Of a stretch of DNA of 64,000 nt, positions 33,456 to 42,213 are shown piece after piece. The DNA is from Opitutales bacterium (GTDB lineage Bacteria > Verrucomicrobiota > Verrucomicrobiia > Opitutales > UBA2987), in the NCBI GenBank assembly GCA_965226885.1, contig CBDDEL010000016.1:832001-896000 (forward strand), written 5' to 3'. How positions within the stretch are numbered: position 1 is the first letter of the stretch; each line of letters starts with the position of its first letter. Made by a program: the position numbers and the translations under genes. Under the pieces are notes generated by a model. It made no database searches. It was not told where the DNA came from and was given only the letters and a program-made list of their open reading frames with translations.

Positions 33456-33862
33456 TTAGTTTTTTCCGGTCTTATGCAGCGTAAAAGTCATCTCTTTCCA
33501 GCTTTGGGAAACGGTGCCGAATAGATCTTGGCCGTCGTAACTGCCGTCAAACGACAACGTTCCATTGCGGGCCGGCAGTTCAAACTTGAGGCGGTTTTCC
33601 TCCACCCTGACTTTTGACAGCGTAACGCCCGCGGCCACGATTTTTCCCGCTTAATCTCAGGAAACTTTTGTCAGATAAGGAGAAGCGTAAGTCCATTGTT
33701 TATTGAGCATACCCTCTCCAGTCCACAGGAGACCAGTCCACAGGAGAGTAGCCGTGGCAAAAAACCGCAGACAACTTCGGAAGCCTGGCCGAATTGTGAA
33801 ATTACGACCGGAACAGCGATTAAGAGAAAAAGAGTGAGAAGAGTTTTTAGAGAATTGTTCAT
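33456..33862 (-). pseudogene. Probable degraded small secreted protein (two fragments)
   Basis: Signal-peptide-like MNNSLKTLLTLFLLIAVPVV followed in another frame by a beta-rich segment LKFELPARNGTLSFDGSYDG; contains a 15-bp duplication. Confidence 0.4.
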
Positions 33863-34053
33863 TTTAAATATATTTTTTCAGATTTTTTATTGATTTATAT
33901 GATAGGATGATAGGATACGGCTGAGACCCGTTTTGGTTTCAAAAAAATAAAAATTTTTTTCCGCTTCCTCTTGAACATGCATCCAGTTTCAACCACGCTG
34001 GACATAGTTCCCCCAAAAAGGCATCTTTAAATAAATCTTGGATTGAGGCAAAA

Positions 34054-36406
34054 ATGACTCCTCTTTATATATTTCTGCGAGCGGAAGGCTCAGGTCGACG
34101 GGAAGTCCTCCTGGACCTGATTGAAATGGGCCTCCCGGAGCATTTCGGAACGGTAACCCTTTACCTCTCCGAGGACGAACGCCCTTCCCCCCTGGATGAG
34201 GAACTTTATGCCATCCCCCACTCCGCCATTCTCAACTATCGCCTGGAAGACGTCTTCGAAATCAATGCCGAAAATAGGCCTCCGGACACTTCCGCGGTTT
34301 TTTTCATGACCGACGGCCGGACCAATCCGGTGGACCAGATCGAGGCGTAGAAACACTGGATGCGTTCGCGCGATATGGCCCTGGTCCGCATAATCACCAT
34401 CGTTAACTGCCACCTAGCCCGGATATTTCATGAAGGGTAAAGTTTGGCTCGTTATTGCTATTGGAGATGGAGATGGATTTCTTTGTATTTTGGGCGGATC
34501 GTCTTGATTTTGAGGTGTTTTTCAGGGTGTAGAGACACTTCCCCCTTTCCCCCATTGGTTCGGTAGCGCCGGGGGCAGCGCCAATGCGCCCTTTAGGTTG
34601 GCACCAACCGGCGGGCCGCATGGTTGAAAAGACTGGCGCCCATGGATAACTTTCACTTAGATGAAAGTGAATCGTTCGGGTGTTGCGCACGATGACCGCT
34701 CCGATCTTGATTAATTTTAGCCGTAGACTGTGGCATTGGAGCCGCGCCCACTTCGTCCCTTTTAATGCGAACCGGCGCAAGGCTTCCATCAAGGTGTAGG
34801 CCAGCCCCGACAAGAGCAATCGCCACTGGTTGGCCCACCATTTATGCGCGCTGGTGCGTTCGCTGAACAATTGCATCTGTTCCTTGATCCGGTTCTCCAT
34901 CTCACCGCGGCCACAGTATACTTTGTCGTAAAGCTCTTGGGGATCGCCCTGCAGGTTCGTCACCACGAAGCGCGGGTTGGACCCCTGTGCGGTGTGTTCG
35001 GCTTTGTGGATGATAAGGCGTTGGCGCCGCCACGATTTTGCCCCATACTCGAAGTGCTGAAACAGCCGTTGCTTTTTGCCGCTACCCTCGAACCATTGTT
35101 TGGCTTGCTCCTGCAACTGCCGGGCCGCTTGCTGCAAGCGTGCATGGCGGGCCGTTCCCACTATAAAATAAACCTCGTTGCGCTCGCACCACGAGAGAAT
35201 CCGATCCCGGCAGAATCCGCTGTCGGCACGCCAAATAATCCGCGTATGGGGCCAGCTTTGGCGAATCCGTTTAACCAGCAATTTGAGGATGGCCCCGGCA
35301 TGCTTGCTCGCATCGATCTTGCTGGGCCGCAGGTAGGCCACCAGAAGCTGATCGCCGCAAAAAACATACAGCGGCAAAAAACAGTAATGATCATAATAAC
35401 CGTGGAAAAAACGTCCCTCCTGGAGCCCGTGCACCGGATTGTCGGTGGCGTCAAAGTCCAGGATGATCTCTTCGGGTTCCTCGGCAAAGGATCCGATGAA
35501 CTGTTCGACCAGCAACTCGTTCAGGGCAAAGGCTGCCCGCCGATCCTGCCCGTTTTCAAAACGACACAAAGTCGGCGCGCTGGCCAACGCTTCAGTGCGC
35601 CCCGTTACCGTTTGCAACAAAGGATCGCGGCGCAGGGTGTCAAAGTCGTTCAAATCCTCATAGCCCGCCACCAGCCCGTAAACGCGCTGCCGGATCATGG
35701 CCAGCATCTCATGGCGCACTTTGCCCTTCTGCCGTTTGTCTACTAATTGCCGGGCCGCTTGCTCGGTCAAGCCCAACCGCCGATCCACTTCCCGGATCAA
35801 AAGCAGCCCGGCATCCGAAGTAACCTCACCGCCCTTAAAATCAACCCGCACACGGCGGCCTTTTACCCTTGTCAACTGTAGTTCTAATTGTTTACTTTTT
35901 GTCATCGCTGATATTGCTTTAATGTTTAATCTATCCTGCTGTATATCAGCAGATAAGCATATCAGCGATACTTTTTTTATGAAATTTCCGGGCTAGGGCA
36001 AGCCCACAAAGCACTCTTTGCCTGGTTCCAGGCCTGCATCCATTTTTCCGACGTGGTCCTGCTCAATAAAAGAACGGATAACACGGATAAATGGATCAAA
36101 ACATTTCGCGACCACTTCCATAAACACTGCTATCCCTGCGAATTCCAACTCGTCAAAAAAGGCAAAGTGGAAAACCCCGCCAAAGCTCTCGATGACCGAA
36201 CCAGAAGGCTCACCCTCATTTTCGACGACATCGAAGACACCGCTGCCACCCCCAAAATCTTCGAAGATTCAGCCGGAAACTGGGAATTGGAAGACGAAGA
36301 AAACGAGGAGGAATTCGACCATGAAATTCGACCCGATCCCTACTTTAAAAGGCTCCCCAGTGGTCTCCGGGCCAAACCCATCCCCGATATCGCCCAATAC
36401 CTGTAA
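34054..36406 (+). pseudogene. Conserved hypothetical protein (degenerate CobW/P-loop GTPase-like), premature TAG and IS1380 insertion
   Basis: Frame continues past TAG 34348-34350 (IEA*KHWMR...VNCHL) and resumes after the IS (GQAHKALFAWFQACIHFSDVVLLNKR). Confidence 0.7.
34418..35992 (-). mobile_element. IS1380-family copy E, diverged isoform
   Basis: Same IR type, CTAG duplication; transposase from 35905 with many substitutions versus B/D and a 2-bp insertion near 34638 that frameshifts the extreme C-terminus. Confidence 0.94.
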
Positions 36407-36537
36407 AGGTAAAAGTAAAACAAACGGCACAGGCAGCATTGACGGTAATGAACAATGACGCTTGACTCCCCAAAGCAAAATCCTAATTAGCAAATAGAAC
36501 TGGCCGCCATACCAGCAAAAAGAACAGCCGGAACTAC

Positions 36538-36622
36538 GCCCAGGTGGTGGAATTGGTAGACACGCATGATTCAGGTTCATGTGCCGCGAGGTGTGGGGGT
36601 TCGAGTCCCCCCCTGGGCACCA
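36538..36622 (+). tRNA. tRNA-Leu (CAG)
   Basis: Acceptor gcccagg/cctgggc, anticodon arm catga-ttCAGgt-tcatg, long variable arm, ggttcgagtcc, encoded CCA. Confidence 0.96.
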
Positions 36623-36826
36623 TATTGATTATCAATAACTTGTGTAATTTTTAAGATAACGGTAGAAGGTAAAAATTCATACCTTTACCCATTTCATATA
36701 CTAAACTTGCACCTGATTCTTGCCAAAATTGTGTGCAGAAAACCCTTGGCTGTAGTTTTTTTCTTAATCTCAAGCCCGACCAGGGGAGGGGGTCCGCCTG
36801 ATTTCCCATGTGGCGATATACGTATT

Positions 36827-37959
36827 ATACCAAATCGCAAAAGGATTGATAAAGATTAAAAAACAGCTATAAAGGCGGAATGAGAAGATATATGGGAACC
36901 GATGAAGACCGTGAACGTATCAAGAAATTGCTCAACAAAGAGGCTATCGGCTGGCGTAAAGAGCGTTTGGTGGCATTAAAAATGGGCTTCCAGCCGCACC
37001 ACAGCATTGATGAAATTGGAGCCATCGTGGGCCGAGGCAAAGCGACGATCCAGCGTTGGTTTGACAAATATCGTGCTGCAGGGCTCGGGGCGGTGCTTAC
37101 ACGCGCCTACAAAGGCGGGATCAAAAGCCGTTGCGACAAAGAGGTGGAGGCCTTCTTGCTCAATGGTTTGAAGGTCGCGCGCTGGAACACAGCCGTTCAG
37201 GCGGGGCAAGAGCTGGAGCGACATTTCGGGCGCTCCTTCGCCTACAAGACGGTGTGGCGATGGCTAAAAAAATGCGCCGGGGTGCTTCGAGTCCCTCGCC
37301 CCGTGCATGAGAAACGGGACTCGGCAAAAGCGGAAGCGTTCAAGCGAGACTTTTTTAAGATCCTCCAGGAGCTTTCCCTCACCCGAGGCAATCGGGTTCG
37401 GGTGTGGTTTGCCGATGAAAGCCGTTTTGGTTTGCTTCCGGTGTACCGCCGGTGCTGGACGCAAAGAGGGCTTCGGCCGCACAAAAAATATCAGACAAGA
37501 TACCAGTGGAGCTACTGTTACGGAGCCCTCGACGTGGTCAACGGCGAGATGGTATGCATCCAAACCCCTAGCACGAATCTACAGTGGACGGAGGCTTTCC
37601 TCCAACAGATCAAAAAGCAATATCCTGAGGAGGAACATGTGGTTGTATGGGACGGGGCAGGCTTCCATCCGCACGACTCGGAGCACCCCAACGTCCCCCC
37701 GGGCATACATATCGTGAATTTGCCGCCGTATAGTCCTGAACTCAACCCGATTGAAAGACTTTGGGATATGATACAGGATCAAACGGCCAACAAACTGTGG
37801 CCGAGCATTGAGCGACTCGAAGAAGTCGTCGCAACCCATCTCAAAGACTGGTGGGAGGACACTGAAAAAGTCCTCTCTTTAGTTGGCGGAGGCTGGCAGC
37901 ACATTCAAGCAAACGCTTCTGCCAAATAACTTATTATCATACCTAATGAGATTTGGTAT
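36827..37959 (+). mobile_element. IS630-family element
   Basis: Imperfect IRs ataccaaatcgcaaaagg / cctaatgagatttggtat in TA-rich context; ends approximate to 1-2 bp. Confidence 0.9.
36880..37929 (+). CDS. IS630-family transposase
   Basis: FADESRFG, VWDGAGFH, LPPYSPELNPIERLW. Confidence 0.95.
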   Translation: MRRYMGTDEDRERIKKLLNKEAIGWRKERLVALKMGFQPHHSIDEIGAIVGRGKATIQRWFDKYRAAGLGAVLTRAYKGGIKSRCDKEVEAFLLNGLKVARWNTAVQAGQELERHFGRSFAYKTVWRWLKKCAGVLRVPRPVHEKRDSAKAEAFKRDFFKILQELSLTRGNRVRVWFADESRFGLLPVYRRCWTQRGLRPHKKYQTRYQWSYCYGALDVVNGEMVCIQTPSTNLQWTEAFLQQIKKQYPEEEHVVVWDGAGFHPHDSEHPNVPPGIHIVNLPPYSPELNPIERLWDMIQDQTANKLWPSIERLEEVVATHLKDWWEDTEKVLSLVGGGWQHIQANASAK

Positions 37960-38099
37960 TAGTTAATTGCCGATCAAAATATTTTCTGTAAAAGGGGAAA
38001 TAAACCCCTGAATTGGCACCCTTATTTCCCTCTCAATTCTCATTTTGATATGATTTCCTTTATTTGTTCTGCCGTCATTTGTTCTGCCGTCTTGAAAGT

Positions 38100-38242
38100 A
38101 TGCTCGCTTCATCGGTGCTCTGCCAATAGGCCAGCACTTCCTTCTTGAACGAAACAGTATATCTTTGCTTTTAACGAGTCATAGGATCTTCCTTTTTTAA
38201 CCCGTCTTACAGCCTACTGTCTACACTTCATGGGTAACCTTA
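38100..38242 (-). mobile_element. Short remnant of another IS3-like element (left end plus start of orfA)
   Basis: IR-like taaggttacccatgaagtgtagaca, AAGGA Shine-Dalgarno, then MTR*KQRYTVSFKKEVLAYWQSTDE, resembling OrfA starts. Confidence 0.5.
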
Positions 38243-38272
38243 GCATCCATTTTTTAATGATGCGTGGAGGCT

Positions 38273-39600
38273 TGATGTGCACTGGAAAAAGTGGACACGA
38301 GATTCTCCTAAATGGAGAATCGAAGCATGGGAAGAAGACGCTTTAGTATAGAGTTCAAAAATGAGGCAGTTCAACTGATGATACTCGATGGTCTGAGCGC
38401 CACCGAGGTATCGACCAAACTTGGGGTCAACACCAACCAATTGTATAGGTGGAAGAGGCTCTATCTGGACGATCAGCAGGGCGAAGCCACCTCAAAGCGA
38501 CAGAGCAGTCCGAAGGAGATGGCGGCCGAGATAGATCGTCTTCGCAAAGAGCTGCGCCGCTCGGAGCGGATCAACCAGATACTAAAAAAAACGGTGGGCT
38601 ACTTTGCCAAGGACGAACAATGAAGTACCAGTTTGTCAAAGACAACGAGGGGCGCTTCAAGATCGAGGAAATATGCTCGGCGATGGGGATTTGTTGCAGT
38701 GGCTATTACTGCTGGAGGCACCGAGCGCCCTCGGCCCGGCGGATCGAGGACGAGGGAATCAAGGGGGCGATCCTGAAGGTACACAAAGAGGCCAAGGGCC
38801 GCTATGGGCATCGGCCAATGCACCGCCATCTGAAGGATGATGAGGGCATCGATTGCGGCCGTGACCGGGCTCTGCGTCTGATGCGTGAAATGGGAATCAA
38901 AAGCACCCAGAGTAAACGCTTTAAGCCATTAAAAACCAACAGTAACCATCCCTATGGTTACAGCCCCAATGTGCTTAAAAAGCATGGCCAGCCGACCCAT
39001 ATCGACGAGGTCTGGGTGGCGGACACGACCTACCTACGGACCCTGGCCGGTTGGATGTACTTGGCCACGGTGATGGACCTGTTCAGCCGACGCCTGCTGG
39101 GCTGGAGCGTTTCCAACCACAACGACGCGAAGCTGGTTGGCAAGGCCCTCAAAGCCGCGGCCATGACCCGCGGCACACTGCGCACCGGGATTATTCATCA
39201 CAGCGATCGGGGCAGCCCCTACGCCAGCGACGACTATCAGAGGCTGGTCTCTGAACTAGGCATGAAGCCGAGCATGAGCGCCCAAGGCAACTGCTACGAC
39301 AACGCGGCCATGGAATCGTTCTACGGCCGCTTCAAGACCAGCACGATTCGAGGCCGCCACTTTGCCGACGAGCGCGAACTGCGATCAACTGTCTTCGAAT
39401 ACGTGGAAATCTTCTACAACCGATATCGCAAACATTCCTCTCTGAGTTACCAAAGCCCAGTCCAATTCGAGGAAAATATTTGCCCCCCATGGGGGGCAAC
39501 GAGAAAACAAAACCCTTTACCAAAACAAGCCGCCTGACACACTAATCAATAAACAATGAATATAAGAGAATCCCGTGTCCAACAAATCCAGTACACGTCA
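38273..39600 (+). mobile_element. IS3-family type a copy 3 (orfA 38312-38623, orfB to 39537)
   Basis: Near-identical to copy 1; 3-bp duplication GCT. Confidence 0.96.
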
Positions 39601-39636
39601 GCTGCCTAAAACAGTCATTAAGAACGTTTTAGCGAA

Positions 39637-40569
39637 TCACTTTTTTTTCAACGATAATTTGCCCCAATGGTAGGTGAATTGGGTCCGAACGTTGAAGAGG
39701 CTGTCGTTTTCGCTGATGGTGTCCGGGAAGCGGATGATATCGAGCGGGGTGTAAAAAAGCTGGAACCCGAAACTGAGTTTTCCGGACAGGGGATAAACGA
39801 AGCCTCCGCTGTAAGAAACGGTGTTTTCTTCACTTTTTTGCAGACGTTTGTCCGGTTCGCCGAAGAGGGAGGTATCGAGTTTGAACTTGTTCCGCATACG
39901 GTTCCAGCCGACAGAGAAATAGGGAGTGAGCCCATTCAGTTTTTCCAACCGGTAGGAGATGCTACCCTCCGCCCCGTAATAGTCCATATGCACCCGGTCT
40001 CGTGATACCTCGGCACAGCCCCAGGGGTTGCCCTCGAAATCGTTTCCGGCCCGCACATTATCCTCGGTGCAGGTGAAGGCGCCGGTGGCCGCGCCCATTT
40101 GTCCATAAAATCGCAATCCCGCAGCCAGGGGACCCTTTTCAAAAGCTCTCCAATTGAGGGAAAAGGAAAAAATATTCGCCCTCACATCCCAAAGCTCGAT
40201 GGGCGGAATATAGCTGGCGCTGAGGGAAATCTTTTCACTCAGGTAATAACTGATAATGGGCCGTAGGCTGAGGGGCGCATTGTTCAGGTTTTCCACTTTG
40301 GCTCCGTCGAATCCTACCCGGCGCTCCTCTTCGCTCAAAAACGGAAATTCCACGATCTCTAGACCGAAGTCGATCCAGCCCTTTTCCCGCTGGGCGATGG
40401 GGCCGTAGCCGGTGAGCAAAGTGAGCGATGTAAAATACTTCATGGCCCAGGCCTCGGGCCGGGTCGGGGCCAGAAATTCGGGATCGTCGAATTGGGGTTG
40501 GGCCATCAGTCCCACGACAGAAGCGACTAGAACGAGAAGGGCCGCAGATAAAACGCGGGCATTTTTCAT
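39637..40569 (-). CDS. Hypothetical secreted protein, probable outer-membrane beta-barrel
   Basis: Signal peptide; alternating aromatic/hydrophobic strands; ends near TQFTYHW. Confidence 0.6.
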   Translation of the reverse strand: MKNARVLSAALLVLVASVVGLMAQPQFDDPEFLAPTRPEAWAMKYFTSLTLLTGYGPIAQREKGWIDFGLEIVEFPFLSEEERRVGFDGAKVENLNNAPLSLRPIISYYLSEKISLSASYIPPIELWDVRANIFSFSLNWRAFEKGPLAAGLRFYGQMGAATGAFTCTEDNVRAGNDFEGNPWGCAEVSRDRVHMDYYGAEGSISYRLEKLNGLTPYFSVGWNRMRNKFKLDTSLFGEPDKRLQKSEENTVSYSGGFVYPLSGKLSFGFQLFYTPLDIIRFPDTISENDSLFNVRTQFTYHWGKLSLKKK

Positions 40570-40679
40570 ATTGCAGTAGCAGGTTAAAGAAAGTCAGGAA
40601 GCGGGGTAGATAGAGAGAAGTATATTCAATAAATTATTCCCGGCAATCAGAAAAATTCCTCTGCTCGCGTTCCTTCATA

Positions 40680-42212
40680 TCAACTCTCCGCATGAACTGA
40701 GAATAGGTTTTGTAAATCGGTCTTGAGAACTTTTCCCATGGAATTGCGGGGAAAGGATTGAACCATCCTAACCCGCGCCGGCGCCTTGTATCGCGCCAGC
40801 CGGGTTTTCGCCCAGTGCCGTAAATCATCACCCGACAAGCGGGCGTCCCGATGAAGCACAATGGCCGCACAAACCTGTTCACCCCACCGGTTATCCTCCA
40901 CCCCGACAACAGCCGCTTCCCGGATGGCCGGATGCTCCAGCAGGATGTTCTCGATCTCCAGAGCGGAAACTTTGTAGCCGCCCGTTTTTATGATATCGAT
41001 ACTGGATCTCCCCAATATCCTGAATGCGCCGCCGCCGTCTTCCCGCTGTGCAATGTCGCCGGTTAAAAACCACCCTTTGCGAAACGCTTTTTCAGTGGCC
41101 TCGGGAAGATTCCAATATTCCAGAAAAACGGAAGCTCCCCGGACCTCGATTTGCCCGGGCTGCCCCTCAGCGACTTCCTCACCATTTTCATCGGTTAACC
41201 GAACTTGCACACCGGGCAAGGGATGGCCCACGAATCCCGGACGTCGCTCCCCCTCCAAAGGATTGGACAATGCCATGCCGATCTCCGTCATTCCATAACG
41301 CTCCAGCAAAGTCTGCCCGCTTATCCGCCGCCATTTTTCAAAAACCGGCACGGGCAGGGCGGCCGAACCGGAAACCATCAGCCGGAAATCGCGACATGCA
41401 GCGCTCATCAATTTCTGGTCGTCTATTGAAGCATCGTCATCTTCCCCATATTCAATCAACCGGTGGTAAATGGTCGGCACCGCCATAAAGAGTGTCAGCC
41501 CGCCTTTTTTAAACCGTTTCCAGACTGTCCCGGCATCGAATTTTGGTTGAAATTCGCAGGTGGCTCCCGACCACAGGGCGCAGCAGAGCACATTGATGAT
41601 TCCGTGAACATGATGGAGCGGGAGCACATTGAGAATGCGGTCGTTTTGCCGCCACTGCCAGGCTTCCGCCAGACACTCGACCTGCGCCTCGATATTGGCA
41701 TGAGTGGTGACAACGCCCCTCGGTTTCCCTGTCGATCCGCTGGTGTAGAGGATCATGGCACTGCCATCCCTGGAAATTTCCGGCAATACAGGAGTGGGAC
41801 CGCTCCCGGTTTTCAACAAATCGGTGGTGAGTAGAATTTCGAGATCGAACTTGCGGCAAAGCGGCAGCAACCGATCGGCTAATGAAGGATGGACCACCAT
41901 CCTTTGCGCCCCACAATCGGCAATCACATGCTCAAGCTCCGGCAGGGGATGCCTGTCGCATAGAGGAACGGCCATTCCGCCGGCGCGCCAAATCGCCCAT
42001 TGCGTCCAGACATAATCAAACCCCGCCGGAGTGAGAAAACAAACGGGAGCTTCCTCCAGGTCCTTACGCCCCCGCAGAAGCGCTACGGCCGCCCGTTCCG
42101 TATTTTCCAAAAGCTGACCGTAAGTATATTCTCCGGTTGGATCGACAACTGCGATTCGACCTGAAAATCTTTCAGCCCGCTCGATTATGGCAACTCCACT
42201 CGTTGACTTCAT
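40680..42212 (-). CDS. Acyl-CoA synthetase, malonyl-CoA synthetase (MatB/ACSF3)-like
   Basis: YTSGSTGKPRG AMP-binding motif, ERYGMTE, WFLTGD, PRNSMGK; start placed at MKSTSG just after the subtilase stop. Confidence 0.88.
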   Translation of the reverse strand: MKSTSGVAIIERAERFSGRIAVVDPTGEYTYGQLLENTERAAVALLRGRKDLEEAPVCFLTPAGFDYVWTQWAIWRAGGMAVPLCDRHPLPELEHVIADCGAQRMVVHPSLADRLLPLCRKFDLEILLTTDLLKTGSGPTPVLPEISRDGSAMILYTSGSTGKPRGVVTTHANIEAQVECLAEAWQWRQNDRILNVLPLHHVHGIINVLCCALWSGATCEFQPKFDAGTVWKRFKKGGLTLFMAVPTIYHRLIEYGEDDDASIDDQKLMSAACRDFRLMVSGSAALPVPVFEKWRRISGQTLLERYGMTEIGMALSNPLEGERRPGFVGHPLPGVQVRLTDENGEEVAEGQPGQIEVRGASVFLEYWNLPEATEKAFRKGWFLTGDIAQREDGGGAFRILGRSSIDIIKTGGYKVSALEIENILLEHPAIREAAVVGVEDNRWGEQVCAAIVLHRDARLSGDDLRHWAKTRLARYKAPARVRMVQSFPRNSMGKVLKTDLQNLFSVHAES

Positions 42213-42213
42213 C

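Noticed and set aside
34403..34640. Extra C-terminal domain on the 500-aa IS1380 E transposase
   Set aside because: Read-through of the non-coding 3' end after a 2-bp insertion near the normal C-terminus.
3139..39600. Prophage, ICE, or RNA-guided element (TnpB, IscB, IS110) within the mobile region
   Set aside because: No integrase, phage, conjugation, RuvC-type or DEDD recombinase ORF recognised; all transposases are DDE types.
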